Source: Utricularia gibba
Lineage: Eukaryota; Plantae; Magnoliophyta
Direction of reading: 5' to 3'
Assembly (NCBI GenBank): GCA_002189035.1
Contig: CM007989.1
Coordinates: forward strand, 806,001 to 870,000
DNA length: 64,000 bases
The notes under the pieces are model-generated. The model worked only from the letters and a program-made list of their open reading frames with translations, made no database searches and had not been told where the DNA came from. Shown here piece by piece: positions 60,601-64,000 of this stretch (position 1 is the first letter of the stretch; the number at the start of each line of letters is the position of its first letter). A program made the translations under genes and the position numbers.

Positions 60601-62839
60601 AAAATTTGTCCCAGGTTAAACACCTTTCTCTCATACATACACAGCCTTCAAAAATATTCGTACTGGCTTTTTGGCACGTTGTGAATAGTTTGATCTAACT
60701 GTGATCAAGTTCTGACATTGCATGTTACTCCCAATTTAATCTGTCATTGAATTTACAGCATAGCGTCTGGTTGGAAGAAGCATTTGATAGAGCAAAGCAG
60801 CTATACCTCTCCTATTACCGCTCCATTCCCAAAAGCTTAGAGCGCTCCACAGCTCACAAGCTCATGCTTGCTATGCTTGATGGGGATGAACGGTTTGTAG
60901 AACCCACACCAAATTCCTTGCAACAATTGACGTTGGAGAAGGTGAAGGATGCTGTAATGAGCCAATTCGTCAGTAGCAACATGGAGGTTGTATATTTTCG
61001 ATATTCCCTCAGTGAAAGCATTCGGTTTCTGCTTCTGTTCATTGGAATGCACTCTTATCTCAACATTGACTCTTTTTCCCCTATGATAGGTAAGCATTGT
61101 TGGAGACTTTTCAGAAGAGGATATTGAATCATGTATTCTGGAGTACTTGGGAACAGTCAGGGAAATAAAAGCCTCTGACAGAATTCAAAATTACAGCCCA
61201 ATCACATTCCGGCCATATACTGCTGATTTGCAGCACCAGGAAGTATGGAATTTATCATTCAATATTGGCCACCTCTCTTTATTAATCAACTTCTTTATAT
61301 TATGGTTCCCTTTATTGACCATTGGTTTTGCAGGTGTTTTTGAAGGACACAGACGAGCGAGCATGTGCATACATTGCAGGTCCTGCACCAAATCGGTGGG
61401 GTTTCAGTTTTGATGGCAGGAACCTCCTTGAATCTCTCAACAACTCTCCTCCCACAGGTAATTTTTTTCATTATATTCTTCCATATGCGTGTGGCTTCTT
61501 TGTTTCCGGGTGATCGATCATAAAAGTCAAGATGCTTGAAAATATGCTTCTTTCACCTTCCACCCTGTAGTGAAGCCATGCTTCTGTCATTTTATTTCTT
61601 CATGTACTTCTCAAGATTACTTTCAAGTATTCTTTTTCAGATGTGGAAAATCAGGGAGATGCACCTGTTACTGGAAAGGCCCTTCAAGGGAAGTTGCATT
61701 CTCATCCATTATTTTTCGCTATCACAATGGGCCTCTTGCAAGAAATTATAAATTCAAGGTAATTATGACCTGCAGTTAGAAATTGATTCATGGTTGGTGG
61801 ATGGAGGAATTGTATTTAAGGGATGGATTTGAAAATTGTCTTGTCTACATGTCCAAGACCTCATTCTTGTGGTTTGGCTAATGTGTGCACAGGCTCTTCA
61901 CTACAGTCAGAGATTCTCTCGGATTAACGTATGATGTTTCTTTTGAGCTAAAACTGTTTGATCGGTTGAATCTTGGTTGGTATGTGATCTCTGTAACATC
62001 CACTCCTGGGAAGGTGTGCACTTTGACACAATGCTGAATCATATTCTCGTTCTTCTACTGAGTTTGTGATAAGTTTTGTGCTTTTCATTCGCTCGCAGGT
62101 GCATAAAGCTGTTGATGCTTGCAAGAATGTTCTTCGAGGTCTACACAGTAACCGAATTGCCCCTAGGGAATTGGACAGGGTGAGCTGTTCAGATTCTTTT
62201 GCACCACTACCAACATAACAACTGCATGTTTCATGGATTCAACACCAAGGATAAACACATTTTAAAGCCAGATGCATATGCTCTCTTTGGCTCATATAAT
62301 TACTGCTATTTGTGCGTTTGTTCCAGGCTAGGCGTACGCTCCTAATGCGACATGAGGCTGAAATCAAGTCAAACACATATTGGCTAGGCTTGATGTCTCA
62401 CTTGCAGGCAGCATCCGTCCCAAAAAAGGTAGTGTCCGGTCCAGTTATAGCTAAACATGCAGCCGCCCGCATTTCATTTCCACAAATATAACATGTCCTT
62501 GTACTCGCACCAGGATATTTCATGCATCAAAGATTTAACCTCTTTATACGAGGAAGCCACCATTGAAGACGTATACATTGCGTATGAGCATTTGAAGATA
62601 GATGAAAATTCCTTGTTCTCCTGCATTGGAGTTGCAGGGACCCAACAGTGGATGTCAGCACAGGTGAACCCAAAATATAAGTTTTAACGTGACTGCATTA
62701 TCCTTTGAGTAGTAACCCTGAAAAACGTTTTGGCATTTGTTCTGTAGCTTCTGTGATAGATGATGAAGTTGTTGACAGCCTCCAGAACACGGTTCCTTCT
62801 GGTCGGGGCTCATCCACCATGACTCGGCCAACGACATGA
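54636..62839 (+). CDS. SPP: Chloroplast stromal processing peptidase (M16 metallopeptidase)
   Basis: About 24 exons. Motifs GPDEPHAA, HRGQLKNGLRYLILPNKVPPNRFEAHMEVHVGS, inverted zinc motif HMIEH, RSNAYTDFHHTVF, MRLIVGGGRAAE and C-terminal GRGSSTMTRPTT* (TGA 62837-62839). Intron 1 has a probable GC donor, and there is one probable -1 lesion near 62648. Confidence 0.94.
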
Positions 62840-63271
62840 ATTACATAGGTCAATACAGAGCATGCTCATTTACTTATGCATATTCTTACGGATTTTCCCT
62901 GCATCAAGAAATGGTAAAGTGCCCAATGCAGCAGCATGATGAGCAGCTCCTTGGAAGGTAGATTCTATAGGTCGATGCTTCATATCAGCAGCCATTGTCT
63001 TGATGATATGAGGTTGCCTTCACTTGATTTTTTGTTCTCATTAAGGCATCGCAGTATACATTTAGTACTTCGTATACAATATGGTTTCTTGTTCATGCTG
63101 GTTACCCTTAGGAAACTTTTTAGACCTTGTAATATGAAAATCTTGCAAGTAAACTAACTGCTCCCTTGTTGATGTTTGCTTTAAAGTATTTGGTTTCCTA
63201 TTTGATGGTTAGAGCATTATCCCCTTGGATCTAGAGGTAATCGCTTGTCCTCCAGAACAACACACCGACAT

Positions 63272-64000
63272 TTATTCTCCAAGGAGCTGTTGAATTGTTA
63301 CGTGATGATAAATTTTAACAAAAGCTGCAGCAGGACACACGGTGTGCAAAGCCAGATATTCTTCTAAGTGTTTGCGCTTGTTTGAACCATGTTTAAGTGG
63401 CAAGTGAAACTTATAGTCATCTCCTAGCTGCTGATGTTCCGCGCAAGATCGTAAGTCAATGATGAAAGTTAGCAAATCCACAGGAGCAAGCTGAAGCAAC
63501 AGCGTTTTCAGGTCGATTTGCTGCCTGTCGAACCGGATTTGGAGTTGGATCCCTCTGCGTTTCATGACACCTTGTACTTCTCAACTTCAGCTCTTTCTTG
63601 GTCTGCAGATAGACTCATTTCCTTGATGCATTTTATCTGGTGAAGTGGGAGTTGCACGGGTTACATTCATTGAAATAGTCTATAAAGTAGCAGAGCATCC
63701 AAGGAAAAGTTTGTAGTGTTCCATGCTGTTGATCACCTGTCGAATTGGGAATACTTGCTTCAACTCCACGGTTGCCATGGTACACAAGCCCTTATCTTCT
63801 CCAACCTCACAGATGAGCCAAGCGCAAGAGAACACTTCTCTTACAGAGCTCCTGAGGCTGAGTTGAATACAATGAGAAAATGAAAAAACAGAAGCAATCC
63901 TTTTGACTCCCATGAAATCATCAACTTACCTGGAGAGTAATCAATGCGACGTTTTCTGGCAAGCCGTATGAAGAACCCATACCGCAAACTATTCTCAACT
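63272..64000 (-). pseudogene. Decayed 3' end of a GH38 alpha-mannosidase gene (runs off the right edge)
   Basis: Exons 64000-63930 (SYGLPENVALITLQ), 63851-63737 (ELCKRSVLLRLAHL/EVGEDKGL..ATVELKQVFP) and 63636 onward (EMSLSADQERAEVEK..*..EGS../QLAPVDLLTFIID). These match the plant alpha-mannosidase tail (YSLPDNVAIITLQEL..VLLRLAHLYEIGEDK..EMSLSANQERAEM..W..EG..ELAPMEIRTF). Lesions: a 2-nt deletion near 63808, TGA at 63564-63562 in place of Trp, and a further frameshift near 63530. Confidence 0.8.

Noticed and set aside
1-64000. tRNA, rRNA, CRISPR arrays, LTR retroelements, transposase ORFs and U12-type introns
   Set aside because: No tRNA or rRNA-like sequence, repeat-spacer arrays, long terminal repeats, RT or transposase motifs, or (A/G)TATCCT donors at exon boundaries were seen on reading both strands.

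Overview
Plant nuclear DNA from a gene-dense eudicot. An asterid/Lamiales-like origin is an inference from the NLR type, the short 70-100 nt introns and about 1 gene per 3.5 kb. I can build spliced models for 18 protein-coding genes: FtsH11 (5' part only), OST1A/ribophorin I, ATAD3, 4CL, CWC24/RNF113, a GDSL esterase, a DUF2358 protein, MAKR6-like, U11/U12-59K, a reticulon, mitochondrial L46, a HIPP, an At1g01500-like protein, a CC-NBS-LRR, IREH1, an RLK902/RKL1-type LRR-RLK, RPL33 and stromal processing peptidase. There are also three decayed gene remnants (class III chitinase C-terminus, a truncated NLR duplicate, GH38 alpha-mannosidase 3' end), one Tourist-like MITE and several promoter motifs. 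Five clear and one probable -1 frameshifts in otherwise intact genes coincide with G runs that are one base short, which points to assembly error rather than biology. I see no evidence of a wholly new system. The most interesting biology is the NLR locus at 36.4-40.5 kb: an MHD-to-MHG variant, a duplicated N-terminal helix module, and an upstream truncated paralogue with an in-frame deletion of most of NB-ARC. An unexplained GC-rich island at 51.5-52.0 kb also merits a look. All gene identities come from recalled motifs and hand translation, not database searches.
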